From Eutreptiella sp. 'Long Island Sound 2002' (taxonomy: Eukaryota > Protista > Euglenida), in NCBI GenBank assembly GCA_964036045.1, contig OZ038379.1, positions 9,238,001 to 9,302,000 on the forward strand: a stretch of 64,000 bases of DNA. Direction: 5' to 3'. Numbering within the stretch: the stretch's first letter is position 1; each line of letters begins with the position of its first letter. A model generated the notes under the pieces. That model worked only from the letters and a program-made list of their open reading frames with translations. It was not told the origin of the DNA and searched no databases. Position numbers and translations under genes: made by a program. This document shows, in pieces, positions 20,994 through 33,325 of this stretch.

Positions 20994-23900
20994 ATGTCCG
21001 GCCAGAAGGACTCCAAGAAGCCCCGCGTTGAGGATCCCGTGTCCTCCTTGTCCGACATCTACCGCACGGCTTTCTATGAGTACCGCCCGTCGGTCCGGGT
21101 CATTGACTGCACGATCCGCGATGGCGGGCTCATGAACAAGTGGCGCTTCACCGACGACTTCGTGCGGGCCGTGTACGAGGCGAACGTGGCGGCGGGTGTG
21201 GACTACATGGAGATTGGGTACTTCACCAGCGAGAAGTACTTCAAGCGATCGGAGGTGGGCCCGTGGCGCTTCTGTGCCACCGACGACCTGCGCCGCATTG
21301 TGGGTGAGAACAAGACAGGTCTACCACTGTTCCCAGGGGAACACAGTGCGTGCGGTTTTGGCAACTGCCGCCAGGGCCTTCTGTAAGGATCCAGATTTTC
21401 TCCCCCCCCCCCCTCCCCCTTGGGGACAGGGAATATAGACGGCGCCCTGGGGGGGGGGGGGTGGTAAAAGATGGTGGGTGGGGTGGTAACAGTGAGCATT
21501 CTATTACTTCAGCGTGACAGAGGCCCTTTTTTTGTCCCCTCAAGGATGGCCCTGACTACCGGGATTTGAGGAGAAGCTGTGAATACACACCCGAGTACAT
21601 GCACACAAACAAATCCTCCCTGCCATTGGCTGGAGGGACGTGCAGCAAGTTGGCCATGGGAGTGCCATCAACATGCAAGCTTGCTGTACGAACCACAAGC
21701 CAGGTACCCCTGTACAGTAGCATGAGGGCTAGAGAGAGTAGGTTAGCGCGCCAGGCAAAGTTTTCCCACGCTTTGGTGTGGCCCCTCGAGTTGGGGTTAA
21801 GGACTCCCACTCTTCAGTGTGGCCACTTGAGTGGTCCGTCACGCACAAGAAGGGGATTCTTTGATTTTGAGGTGGGTGGCCATGATGGGACCTACAAGGG
21901 TAGGGTGCATGTGATCGTCCCATTTGTTGGGCGAAAAAATGCGAAGTCATTTGATTGCCAACAGTCATACAATGTGCTTGTGCTTAGGGTTGCTGGGCTA
22001 GAGGAGGGAGTGATGTTTGGGGGTAAAGCATTGTGATAGACGGCCGCAACATTCATTTGGATGCTGGGCGCGCGCCGGGTAAACCCTCAGAGATTTTTGC
22101 CGAAAAAAATCATGGCTAAGTAATGGACCAACAGAAGTGACAATTTCTCTGCGTGCTGCCTTGGTCCCCCCATCACCCCCGGGGACCTTGGTGCCCTTTG
22201 TGCCGCTTGCCCCAGCACATGCGCCGTGCCCCAACCCCCAGCCTTGCTCTGCCCCTGCCTGGGGCATGGGGGGGGCGCACATAGGTCAACAAAGCGCTCT
22301 ATGCATGCACGTCCTGGTATGCATATGCAGCAATGTCCGGCATTTCTCAAGACTTCCACATCCCGCGTGCAGTGGGCCTCAGAATATACAACTGTCAAAG
22401 GGCCTCTTCTCCATGGGAATAACAAGGGTGGCGCCATACCAGGCACCTGTAGCGGTGGCAGTGCCGGGGGGGGGGGGGGCAGCCCCCACGCGAGGATCTG
22501 AAGCCCCTAGTGATGGGCACAGCTGATCAAGCAGCGAGGACACCTGAGCCCTTGGCGCAGGTCCTTCTCTCGCGTCGTGTGCACAATGGGGAAGGCGTAG
22601 GGAGGTGGCACATAGGCCTAGCCAGCTCTTGCCTCTAAGCTGACCCCCGTACACAGGACCTTAAAAGGCTGACTTGTTTACGCAACTTTTCGAGTGGCTC
22701 ACGGGCACGGCCAGGTCCTGCCTCTACGCTATCTCTCTCTCTCTCCCTCTATACGCACAACGTGTGGGACCTTAATAGGCTGACCTGTTTATGCAACTTT
22801 TGGAAGGATACCCGCTTTGCTGTAGCAGGCTATCCACTGGACTAAGGCCGCCGGGTCGTTGGTTCGAATCCCGGCTCGTGCCAAGTGAATGTGGGGGAAA
22901 GAGTGCAGCGTTGGGCTGGCTAGCTAGTGTGGCAATCCCCGGGCAATTAGGGTTCGAACAGCCGAAACGCTGGTTGCCTGGAGCCATGGCTTGTACCTTC
23001 ATGAGTGGGTACAATTGAGCTGTAGCAATGCCCCTCTTGATGAGCTGGCTCGGCGGTGGCATCAAAGTCTTAGGGGCCACAAGGTTGGGGGTACGAACCT
23101 GACTGGAACCACAGGCTTGGGCTGCAGTGGGGGTGCTGTCCGTCATGGTGCCACCATGAGGACCGCATAGGGATCGCACCCTCTGGGAAAAATTCGCGGA
23201 ACACTCCGGCACCGCAGGGCACTACCGAGCTCCCCCTGAGCACAAAAGGCAAGGAATGTTTACGCAACTTTTGGAGGGCGGCACGGTGGCTGTGCCACGG
23301 CCTGCTTCTGCGCTGACCCCTGTACGCACAGCGTGCAGGACCTAAATAGGCTGACCTGTTTAGGCAACTTTTGGAGCCATGGAATTTGGCGGTTCCATTT
23401 TCTGGGTGTCCGTGAGGAACAAGTTTTTTCTGTGATTTCGGGGTGGTAGGGGGCGCCTCAAGCGCAGTGCGCAGTGCGCGCGCAGTGCAACTATTTGGGC
23501 GTCTGGCCGTACTAGAGACCCATACTTTGAGATACTAGGGGCCCCTAGGGGCATCATGGTGACCCCTAGCGGAGGTTTTGACTTCTGATTTTGTCCCCCT
23601 TTGTTTGGGGACCCCCGAGAATGCAAGGGTGACGTCGCATTTCCGCCCTCTTTTGGGCCCCAACCTTCCGGTGCTATTGAGGAAAGTGAAGGGACATTGT
23701 ATGGATTATGAGATTGGCTCCATGGATGGTGCATACAAGGGGCGCCTCCATGTGGCATGGCCATTTATCGGTCGAAAGACGTTGACCGAGCGGCAAAAGG
23801 AGTACAATGATGTTCATGGTTTCTATAGGGCACATATTGAGCACTTGTTTGCACGCATGTGGCACTGGGGCATCGTAAGGAACATATGGAGGGGATCCGG

Positions 23901-26900
23901 TACGGAGTCGCATGAGTACGTGCGTGTACTCTTGCATTTGCAGCAATTTTTGATTCGAAGACAGGTGGAACAGAAAGACAGTTCTGTGTTCTTGAGGGTG
24001 GCGACCAATGCGCTGTTCATGGCTTTTCCAGTTGTGCATGATGTGTGTTATGTGAAGGGAAGGTAGTTTGCAGCTTTCTTGAGCTAGGGCAGTTTGGGTC
24101 ACCTAATTCTAAGGGCGTTTCCAAGGGGTGTGCTTGGGGGCTCTTCGGGGGGAACATAGTCTAAAAGTAGCGCGCAGTGCAAAGACTCCCCCGTATTTCA
24201 GGAGGCTGATTGCTGCTCTGCCACTTGTTGCCACATGTTTGGTGGTCCAGGGGTGCAGGCCATCAGTGCTCTGGTTCAATGCACAAATGGCTTGAATCCC
24301 CCCACAATTTTTGGCGCCAAGAAGACGATTTTTTTGTTGCAGTTTTTCTATTTGGAGCCCAGAATCGCATTGCCAGATGCTGGTAGATCAACCCGACCAT
24401 GAAAAAGCACCTGGGGAATTCGGCGGGCATAATGGTTCGGACATGCCACTGTTTTTTTTTTTTAAGGGGGGGGGGTTGGTCTTCTTGATTGGCAGCTTCA
24501 AAATAGGGGGTTCTCAAGTTTTGAGCTGAAACGTTTGGGCTGGTGGGCCCGATTTCCCAAGTATTGCTCGTAAAGGGAGGGGGGGTTCCCCCATCCTTTT
24601 CTCCCTGGAAACCACACACCACCTCCCCTGGGACAATGCCACAACCCCCCTCCCCTTCATTCGTTCTTCTGCCAGTGAAGAGGATGGCCCAGCGGCAGCG
24701 ACACGGGTAGTGCAGGGGTGCGCTTGAGGGTCAAGGAAGCCGAAGCGGTATTTCAAAGGTGGTTGCCAAAGCGGCTATTGTTTGTCTGAAAAGCGGTTGG
24801 GAGACTGGAATTGGGTGTTACAAAGTTGCTGGTGGGCTGTTGTGGGCGGATTGAAGTGGTTGGCTGGGGCACCAGTGGCGGGCACCGCCAACTTACATAT
24901 CGCCCCAGGCCTCAAGTTGGCAGGGATGGCGGACATTGGGCGCATCGACCCCTGCGACATCCCGATGAAGAAGGACTCGCTGCTGGACCTCGTGCGCGTC
25001 GCGTGCTACAACCACCAGCTCGACGAGGCCATCGAGCTTGCCAATCTGTGCCTCGAGCGGGGCTACGAGGTGTCCATCAATCTCATGGCCGTGGCCAAGA
25101 ACACGCTGCGGAAATCGACGCATGCCTCGAGAAGGTCGCGAAGACCAAAGTCCACATGTTCTACCTGGCGGACTCGTTCGGGAGCCTGTACGGCGAGCAG
25201 GTCCGGTTGCTGATCCGCAGGTGCGCTCCGCATCTCCAGGTACCATCCGAGGGAACATGTCTCGGCCGGTTGAATGAAGGAAGCAGGGACGGATCTTTGC
25301 TTTGGGGGGATTCCTGCTGGAGGTGGTGGTGGGGGTGTCCCAAAAAGGCTGATGGGGTACCGTGTAGTACAATCGGTGTCCAGCACCATGTCTCTTCTAT
25401 GACGCGTTTGTTGGTCGAGGTCAGTTCTGGGGGCAGTGTTGGGGGGGGGGGGGGATGCTGCAGGGTATTTAGGTGAGCGTTGTCCAGTGCCGTGGCCTCT
25501 GTGGGACCTGCTTTTGTTGGTTGAGGTCACTGGTAGTGAGAGGGAGTCCCTGTTCCCCTGCTCACGATTCCAACATGCGATCATGGGTTCTTGACGCGAA
25601 CTGCGGTCAGAAACACGGCGATCAGACGGTGTCGCTGTGCGTAGGCGGTGCTGTGCCAGCGCAAGGAGGCAGTGACCATTTGCTGCAGTCATGCCTGATT
25701 GAAATGCTGGAATCTGTGAGCCAGTGCTGCTTAGACAGACGGACTGGGTCATGCGAAAACAGTAACTCATAGCACTGGGGCTCATAACACCATTGTGGTC
25801 GAGGCTGAACAACACTTCTGTTTGTTTTGGTGTGGTTTTCAGCCACTGTTGTTGTACTGGGCAGTCAAGCGCCGGATCCCGTCTAACTTTTGAATGTGCC
25901 CGGGGGTGAGGTGAGGTGAGGCGCGGTGAGGTCAGGTGAGGTGTCTGGGGGGATCTCCGAGGGCCCTGATAATTATGAATTATGGGCTTCATGTCCGACC
26001 TCTTCCTGGAGGGTCGACCCCCCCCCCCCAGACCAGTGCAATCGCTCCCAATCGCTCCCAGATGGTGGGCGCCATTTCACCTGGAGGTGTTAGTCGGGTT
26101 CGAACACACAACCTTGTGAGCGAGCATCCACCGCTCATACCACTCACCCAGCCGGCCGTGCCTGTGCAGGGGGAAGGCGGTACAAGATGCTTCGGCTGCT
26201 TCCCCCAAGTTCCCAATCCCACACCACGTGTGCACAGGTACGTTGAAGCGCTGCCCGGGAAGCAGATTGGGTTCCACGGGCACCACAATCAGCAGTTGGG
26301 CATGGCCAACAGCATCGACGCCATCACGGAGGGCGCCAACATGGTCGACGGCTCCATCTTGGGTCTGGGGCGTGGGGCTGGCAACACCCCCACCGAGAAC
26401 GTCCTCTGCTTCCTCAGGAACCCCAAATACAACGTGCGCCCGATCTTTGAGGTCATCGAGAAACAGTTCTACGAGCTCAAAAAGACGGTGCTCCGCCAAC
26501 CCCCTCCGCCCGCTTCCACCCTCTTCAGCCCTTTACAACCATCTGCAGCCTGGTACGAATCCCCCCCACCCCGGCCCTGTGTTACATTCACCACATCGTT
26601 TGTGGTTGTGAATAACCTCCTAACTTCACTGTATTGGGAAATGACTTGATGTGAAGCATTGCCGGCGCCGGCGTAGGAGGGACGCCAAGGGGCAGGATCA
26701 GCACATGTGGGCACAGGGAGGACTGTCCCACTCTCATGCACCAAAACTTCCCCATGCAATGGCCCTGAAAACCCAAACCAGTGCCTGTACCCGGAAGTAC
26801 GAAACAAAACAATCCACTCAGCCTTCATGACACCCCCCCCCCCCGTGCCCACGTTGAAGGTGGGCGTGATGGGATCTAAGTGGTGCGTCCATGCCTGACC

Positions 26901-29900
26901 TTTTGAGGCCCTGTTGCGGACTGTGCATGCCAGGATTGTGTTGTTTTGTGTCGATTGTTTTTATCTGCTTCGTCATTTTGCCTTTGGGGCATTTAGGCCC
27001 CTTGCAACCCCCTTCCCCCTCCCGTGCGCTGGCACAGCCTGGCGGGTGCTTCCCCTGAGGTGTCTACGGTGCACCGGAAGGGAAACCTACCAGTATTACC
27101 TGATGCTGAATGTTGTGCTCTGTGCGGGTTGCGATGGGGCCAATAGTGGGGAGTGTTGAATGTTGCACCTGGACGTTGGTTTTACAAGAACTGAAAAGTT
27201 GAATGTCTGCTTCATTTCAATCTGTGATAGTGGATTTCTGAAAGGTCGGAGGAAATACCAGCCACTTGGCCACTTTCCCCAATCCTCTACCCAGCCCTTG
27301 CTACCCTCCAATGCATGAATAAAAAAGGGCAAGTGTAGCACTCAGGGAAAAAACAACAGATGTCACAAAAAACAAGCCAAAGACACTTTTTTGTTTTAAA
27401 AAAAAGCAGATCTGGGGGTCCACCTGTCGCAGCGACAGACGTTTGTCTCTTCTTTGCCTAACAGTCTGCTCCAGCCCTGCCTCCATTGCACCCAAGGGGG
27501 GGGGGTCGCCGGGCCCGGGTCCTTTACGCCAACTCGCCCCCCCCCCCCCCCCCCGCCCTCAAAGTGGCACCAAAGCGGGAGTCGGCGTATGGCCCATTTT
27601 CCCGCCCCCCCCCCCCCCCCTGTGATTGCACCCCTGCCCACGATCCTCCCCAACCTGTATTTTTGTTGCCCTGTCGTTGTTGTACCGTTGTTGTTGCCAT
27701 TGGTCCTGGTTGCTTTTGGTGACAGTTTCCATCTGGGTCTGGGTCCAGGGGTTTCACGTAAGGGGGACACTGAAGAGGCTGGCCTGAATATCCATCCAAA
27801 ACAGCACTGCACCACGCCCCACAACTTGGCAGGTGCAGTGGGGGCTCTCAGTGCCGTACTTGATTTCGGGGGTCCGCAACGAGCACCCGAAGGACGCCAT
27901 GGCATGGGAGGATGCGGGCAAGAGCAAGGACGGGCTGGGCTTCTACAACAAGTTTGTTGCTGCGGACGCCGCCAAGGCTGGCGGAGACCTGGACCTGCCA
28001 GAGACATCCCCCGAGGGACCGCGAGTTCCAAACCACGACTCTGAGCTTTACCGCAAGGAGTTCCACACGTACAAGCCCATGATCAAGGTGGATGCATTGA
28101 TGCATGCATGCATGGGCACGTGGGTGCATGGGCGTACGGGTGAACGGATGACTGGGTGGGTGGATGGGTCGATACATCCACATGCTCATACATGCACGCG
28201 CCCATACTCACACAGTCGTGCCCCCATACATCCGCGTATCCACATGCACCCCTGCACCAATTGCCCCACCCACGCCTACACACCATGCCTCCACACATGC
28301 ATACATCCTCACTGTGTGGGTCTGTGGATGCACGGGTGTCTTTGGGTGTGGGTGTGGGTGTATGGGTGCGTGGGTGTGTGTGTGTGCATGGGTGCATGGA
28401 TGTCTGGTTGTCTGGGTGTATGGGTGTGTGCGCTGGCCACTCCCCTTCCCCGGGTCGTACCCACACGCCTCCCCTGCATACTTGTAAGGGTCCTCAGGGC
28501 ATACAAGGAATCGTGTACCATGTGGGCAGGGGGGTTTCTCACAGTGTCAGTGTGGCGGCTTGGCGCCAAGTGGCTGTACTGTCACGGTATTCAAAGAACA
28601 AGATGTGTAGGGCCGCCCATTTCGCCATTGCACGTGGCCTGCTGACCAGCGCGAATGACGATAACAAGACTGTGCAGTGTTTGTATGCGGTGGTGTGCTG
28701 CATTTCCACGTGCAGGTGCCACCTCAACACCTGTTGCCTGAACTGGTTGCAAGAAAATGTTTTTGGCACTGGAAACAATACTCCAGTTGAGCATAGCGCA
28801 CCACCTATTACTGGGCGGCACCTCTGGCTGTTGGAGTGCATGTTGCTATGCCCTGCTCGAATATGTGGCTTCGGTGCATGTGTCTGTGTGTGACGCCGGG
28901 CTCCCAGAGCTCCCTAATTGTGGTCATATTTTGCTCCACTCCTCCCTCCTCCCCTATGCCGTGTCCAGCATGACGTAGGCACATAAGCAATGTTGCATGC
29001 ACCACCGAGCCCCCCCCCCCCCCCAACTTAAGTGCAGGAACGATCTAGCCATAGACAACTCCTTATGACAAATGAAGCGCTCCTGCCCCTTGCTGCTACT
29101 ATGTTCTCCAGTAACGCACCTGGCCTCATCAACACAATCTTTTTTTTATTTCATTACATTGGATGTTTCGGTGTCTAGTTTCCCGCAACGTGTGTGTATG
29201 TGTGTCTGTGTGTGTGTGTTGACAGTACCATCCGGAGGGGTATGACCCATACTTGTGCACTGATTTCCCCACCTTGCAGTTCTTGTCTCAGGCCCAGTAA
29301 TAGGGCCCTGTGTCTGTGTGTGGTTGGGTGGTTGCATCCAACACAGCACGTCGGTTGTCTGATTGACGTGATACAGCTCTTGTAGATAATTTGCCTCTGT
29401 GACTTGGCCCCTTGGGTGGGGGAGTCAATCGAGCAGCAAGCAGGTGCCTCCTGCTCAGCAAGGTGCAGACGGCCAGCAGGACTGCTTGACCTCCATGCAC
29501 CGCCCGAACCTGCTTTGCTCACCATCATCACAGTTTGTGGTGAGTGCCATGAGCAATATTGTGAAGAGGGGATGGTAAATCTGGGATTAAAGCCGAACAC
29601 ATGTAGGGCTGCTCTGCAGCTCCTGAGGAGTCTTCTTGTTCCGGTTCCCGATTGTGTGTGCGTGTGTATGTGTGTATGTGTGTGGGTGTGTGTGGGGGTG
29701 TGGGGGTGTGGGTGGGTGTGGGTGTGGGTGTGTTCTCTACAGTCTCTTGTGCCCCCGCAATCCTCTATTGCGCCAGCTCCAGCAATTCCACTCCTCTGCT
29801 CCTCAGGTGATGGACAACACCATCCGTGACGGGGGCCTCATCAACAACTGGAAGTTCTCCGACGATTTTGTGAAGGCCGTTTACAATGCGTGTGTTGCGG

Positions 29901-32216
29901 CCGGCGTTGATTACATGGAGGTCGGGTATTTCTCGACCCCCGGCACCTACACCGATGCGGGGCCCTGGCGGCACTGCAGGGACGCAGACCTGCGCCGCGT
30001 CATGGGCGACAACAAGACGTCGCTGAAGCTGTCGGCCATGGTGGATGTGGGGCGCATCACGGCTGACGACATCCCACACAGCAACGACACCCTCATCGAT
30101 ATGGTACGTGTGGCCTTCTACCACGACCAGGTGGAGGAGGCAGTCAAGATCGCCAACGCGTGCACTGACAAGGGGTTTGAGGTGGGCCTGCTTTTCATGG
30201 CGTTGTCCAGCATCAACAAGGTCCTGCTGCCATTGATGCCCCGCAGTGCTACCCGAAATCCACCAAAAGCCTCTTTTCACCCACCCACCCTGGCTGGTAA
30301 CCCCCCCCTTTTTTGGGTAGATCCTGTCTACCCCAAGCAAATGACTGACCCATTCCTTTCAAACAGGAGCAGGGGGAGGAAGGGGGGGATGGGGTGATGC
30401 CCTTCCCCAGGATGGAGACAAGCAGCAGCAGATTGCCTAACCAGGGGGGGAGAGGTAGGCTGTTAGGGTGGGGCAGGCAAATCTGTCTTGTAGGAGTAAC
30501 GCGGTTTTGTGGCAATGCCTGAATGTCTTTGTCGAAAGTCTGTGTTAGACAATCCCAATGCTCAGAGCGAGCGCATTTATTCTTCTTTTCGCCAAGCCTG
30601 CGTTAAAAGGCAGCATGCCCTCAAATTTGCAAAGGTGGGTTTTGCCAAGTCAACTCACAGAATTCTTCAAAATGTTGTGTGGAACCAGCTTTCGCTTCAT
30701 CCTGTTTGCCTGATTTTGCGATTGTTCTGCCCCCTAGACCCCCCCCCCCCCCACCCCTGCCTACCCCCTCCCTTGACGCCGGGGATGGTCCTGAGTTGGT
30801 TGGGGGGGGGTCCAGTCACGCCCTTTTTGGGGGGCGGGGGGTCCAGCATACGCTCATGACCCCCCCGCCCCCAAAAGCGAAAATCCGTGCACCCATGTCC
30901 CCCCCCTCCCCCCTCCTGGGGGGTGGGGACCCTAGGGTGGGTGGGTCCCAAGTGAGGCCATTTTGCCCCCCCCCCCCCCTCCCTGTTGCTGAGCAAATGA
31001 CTGATGGGTATTGAGAGGGCGAAGGAGGAGGGGAGTGAGGAACGGGGAGCCTAAGCTCCGAAGCCTATCATGGGTGCCCTTTTCCAATCCCCCCCCCCCC
31101 CCCAAGCAAAAATCCGCCACCCCCATCACCTTTGAGGGGGATTGATATACTGAGGGTGAGAGTACACGCCGGTCAAGCCTAACCTATCAAGACTGAATAT
31201 TGGGACCGAGCTGGTGGGGGAGGGAACATCAGCTATGATTGGTGAGGGACATCAAGAATGATTCACACATTGATGGCTCTTGACAAAGTGAAATCAGCTT
31301 GCAAGTGAACCCCATCACCACGAGGCCCACTTTCAAGGCTTTTTGGACTTCTGAGGGGCCAAAATGCCCCAAAATGGGCTCAAAATGGGCTCATTTCACC
31401 CGTTGGTGCACCCCAAATGCTCTAGGATGAGGTTTGGAAAAATGCGTTTTTGACCCATTCTTGACCCATTTTTGGTCCCAAAACAGCCCATTTTCAAGGC
31501 ATTTGGGGATTTTCGGAGGAACAAAATGGGCCACCACAAGCTCAAAACGGTCCAAAAACACTAGTTTTAGCGTCGCACATGGTCTAGGATCATTTTTGAG
31601 AAAAGTCATCTTTTTGCCCCTACTGGACCCTGTTGACCCATTTGGGCACCCACCTGTTTGGGCTTGAGCTTGCAGCTTGCCGCAGCCTAGTGGGCCTAGG
31701 TATGGGGGTCTAGGCGTCCGTTTGGGCAATTCTAAGGGGTGGAAACCACAAAAAGTGGCGGGTTGCGGGTGGTGTAGGTGCCCTCGGAATCGCGTTTTGA
31801 GCCATGTAGCCCAAGATATGGCCTATTCTTGGTTTGTGGCTGTCGGCATTTGGACCTTCTGGGGGCCTTTTTGGGCCGTTTCCGCGACATATCATGGAGT
31901 TAGAGGGCTGCAAAGAGCTCATTGACACGCGGAAGTCAAGCCGCACGTGTAGTGTACCCATCGTTTCCCTTCGTTTGGCCGTTTTGAATGCGTTCCGGGG
32001 CTTTTTCGGCCCAAAAATGGCTGTTTTGGGCCCTGAACTGCAGTTTTTGAAACTGAGGTCCGCCACTTGCGAATCCCGTTCCCGGCCGCCACCGTTGAGT
32101 TTCTTGCTCAAACTTTGTGTGATTGTACTTCACACCCATAGGTATCATCCACCAAAATTTCACTGGAATCCAAAGCACCACGACGGAGTTCTGATTTTGG
32201 CCCATTTCGCGCGTGC

Positions 32217-32247
<31 letters not shown>

Positions 32248-33325
32248 GCTTGCTTGCTAAACCTGGTAGGTCCACCCTAGACCCTAAAAAGGGTTATAAA
32301 ACCAAGACTGGTTCCACCAGCTCGGTAAACCTTAATCATAACCCTAACTAACCATGTCCTAGCTAAACTAACAAACTATTGTGCATACCTGCTGCTTGAT
32401 CCCCAGGGGCAGGGAGGGGGGGCAGGGGTTTGAAAGGAAAACGGGGCACCTACTTGGGGTCAGGGTAGGGCTCAGTCACACTGTAGCCCTCACCTAACCA
32501 ACAAGCGTAAATGCATACCTGCTGCTTGATGCATAAACTCTGGTGAGAACCATACGTTGCACCATTGCAGCAACGTGTGGTGGACATGATGCATCACCCT
32601 TTTTACTTGGACCATTGCTGACGTGATTTAGCCTCTTTAATGCCCTGTTTCTCAGTTCTACAATGTTCTCCAACCCCCAAATACTTAGTTTTCCTCTACA
32701 ATGTCCTGGTTACCGCCCTCTCCAGGGAGATGAGGTGAAGGCCCTGGACGTGATTGCCGACAAGTGCCGCTGCAATTTCGTCTACATTGCCGACTCCTAC
32801 GGCAGCCTCTACTGTGAGCAAGTGGAGATGCTGGCCAAGCTCTTCCAGCAGAAGCTGCCAGGCCGCATCGTGGGATTCCACGGCAAGAACAATCAGCACA
32901 TGGCCTACGCCAACACCATCCAGGCCATTTGCACGCTTGAAGGGGTGGTCATGGTGGACAGCTCCATCATGGGACTGGCGCGCGGTGCCGGGATCACCCC
33001 CACCGAGAACATGATGATGTTCCTGAAGAATCCGAAGTTCAAGCTGCGGCCCATTCTTGAGGCGATCCAGACGCACGTGCAGCAGCTCGCGGACGACCTG
33101 GAGTGGGGCCCATCGATGGCGTTGTTGTACTCGGGGGCGCGGAACATGCACCCGAGGGACGCGATGGCGTGGCACGCGGCGGGCAAACGATTGGATGGGG
33201 CGCGCTTCATCGACTCCGTTGCGAGCAAAGTGGCTTTGCCGGAGCCTATTGCAGGAGCAGAGGCAGGGGGCCGTGCTGCGCCACCGCACCCACAGCCACG
33301 CCTCGTAGACGGGATGGAGGCGTGA
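20994..33325 (+). CDS. Tandem double-domain DRE-TIM metallolyase (HOA/HMGL-like aldolase), copy A; 1-nt frameshift in exon 2 (pseudogene or read error)
   Basis: Exons 20994-21318, 24909-25220, 26238-26487, 27833-28087, 29807-30220, 32726-33325. All introns are GT-AG and the phases are compatible. Motifs DCTIRDGG, YMEIG, ADSFGS, FHGHHNQQ and GRGAGN, then a second barrel with DNTIRDGG, YMEVG, ADSYGS and FHGKNN. One C is missing between 25107 and 25108 relative to copy B. Confidence 0.9.
21830..22088 (+). mobile_element. Harbinger-like remnant in intron 1 of copy A
   Basis: FFDFEVGGHDGTYKGRVHVIVPFVGRKN..QQSYN fragment, followed by a family-like right end GCTGGGCGCGCGCCGGGTAAACCCTC. Confidence 0.7.
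22640..23375 (+). repeat. Local dispersed ~45-60 bp repeat (GGACCTTAATAGGCTGACCTGTTTA.GCAACTTTT), 3-4 copies
   Basis: Copies at about 22657, 22767 and 23337, partial copy at about 23257. A B-box-like GGTTCGAATCCC lies at about 22861. Confidence 0.6.
23449..24192 (+). mobile_element. PIF/Harbinger-like deletion derivative (744 bp), GTA TSD
   Basis: GTA|GGGGG...CCCCC|GTA. Internal MDYEIGSMDGAYKGRLHVAWPFIGRKTLTERQKEYNDVHGFYRAHIEHLFARMW. Confidence 0.9.
27493..27624. mobile_element. 132-bp hAT-type MITE with 8-bp TSD ATTGCACC (intron 3 of copy A)
   Basis: CA...TG termini with G/C-run TIRs related to the 4446 element (GGGTCC...ACGCCAACT); ATTGCACC at 27485-27492 and 27625-27632. Confidence 0.8.
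28095..28430. repeat. Low-complexity GCAT/CACAT/GTGTGG simple repeats at the start of intron 4
   Basis: Direct reading; a further GTGTGG tract lies at about 29650-29730. Confidence 0.75.
29505..29600 (+). mobile_element. Short remnant of the Harbinger-like transposase Cys-rich tail
   Basis: ACCATCATCACAGTTTGTGGTGAGTG...GGTAAATCTGGG matches 5575-5610 and about 5780-5795. Confidence 0.55.
32214..32257. repeat. (GCTT)n microsatellite
   Basis: Direct reading. Confidence 0.9.

Noticed and set aside
31340-32210. ORFs 31391-32280 in intron 5 of copy A
   Set aside because: They look like translations of a non-coding repeat; I could not define termini or a TSD, so nothing is annotated.
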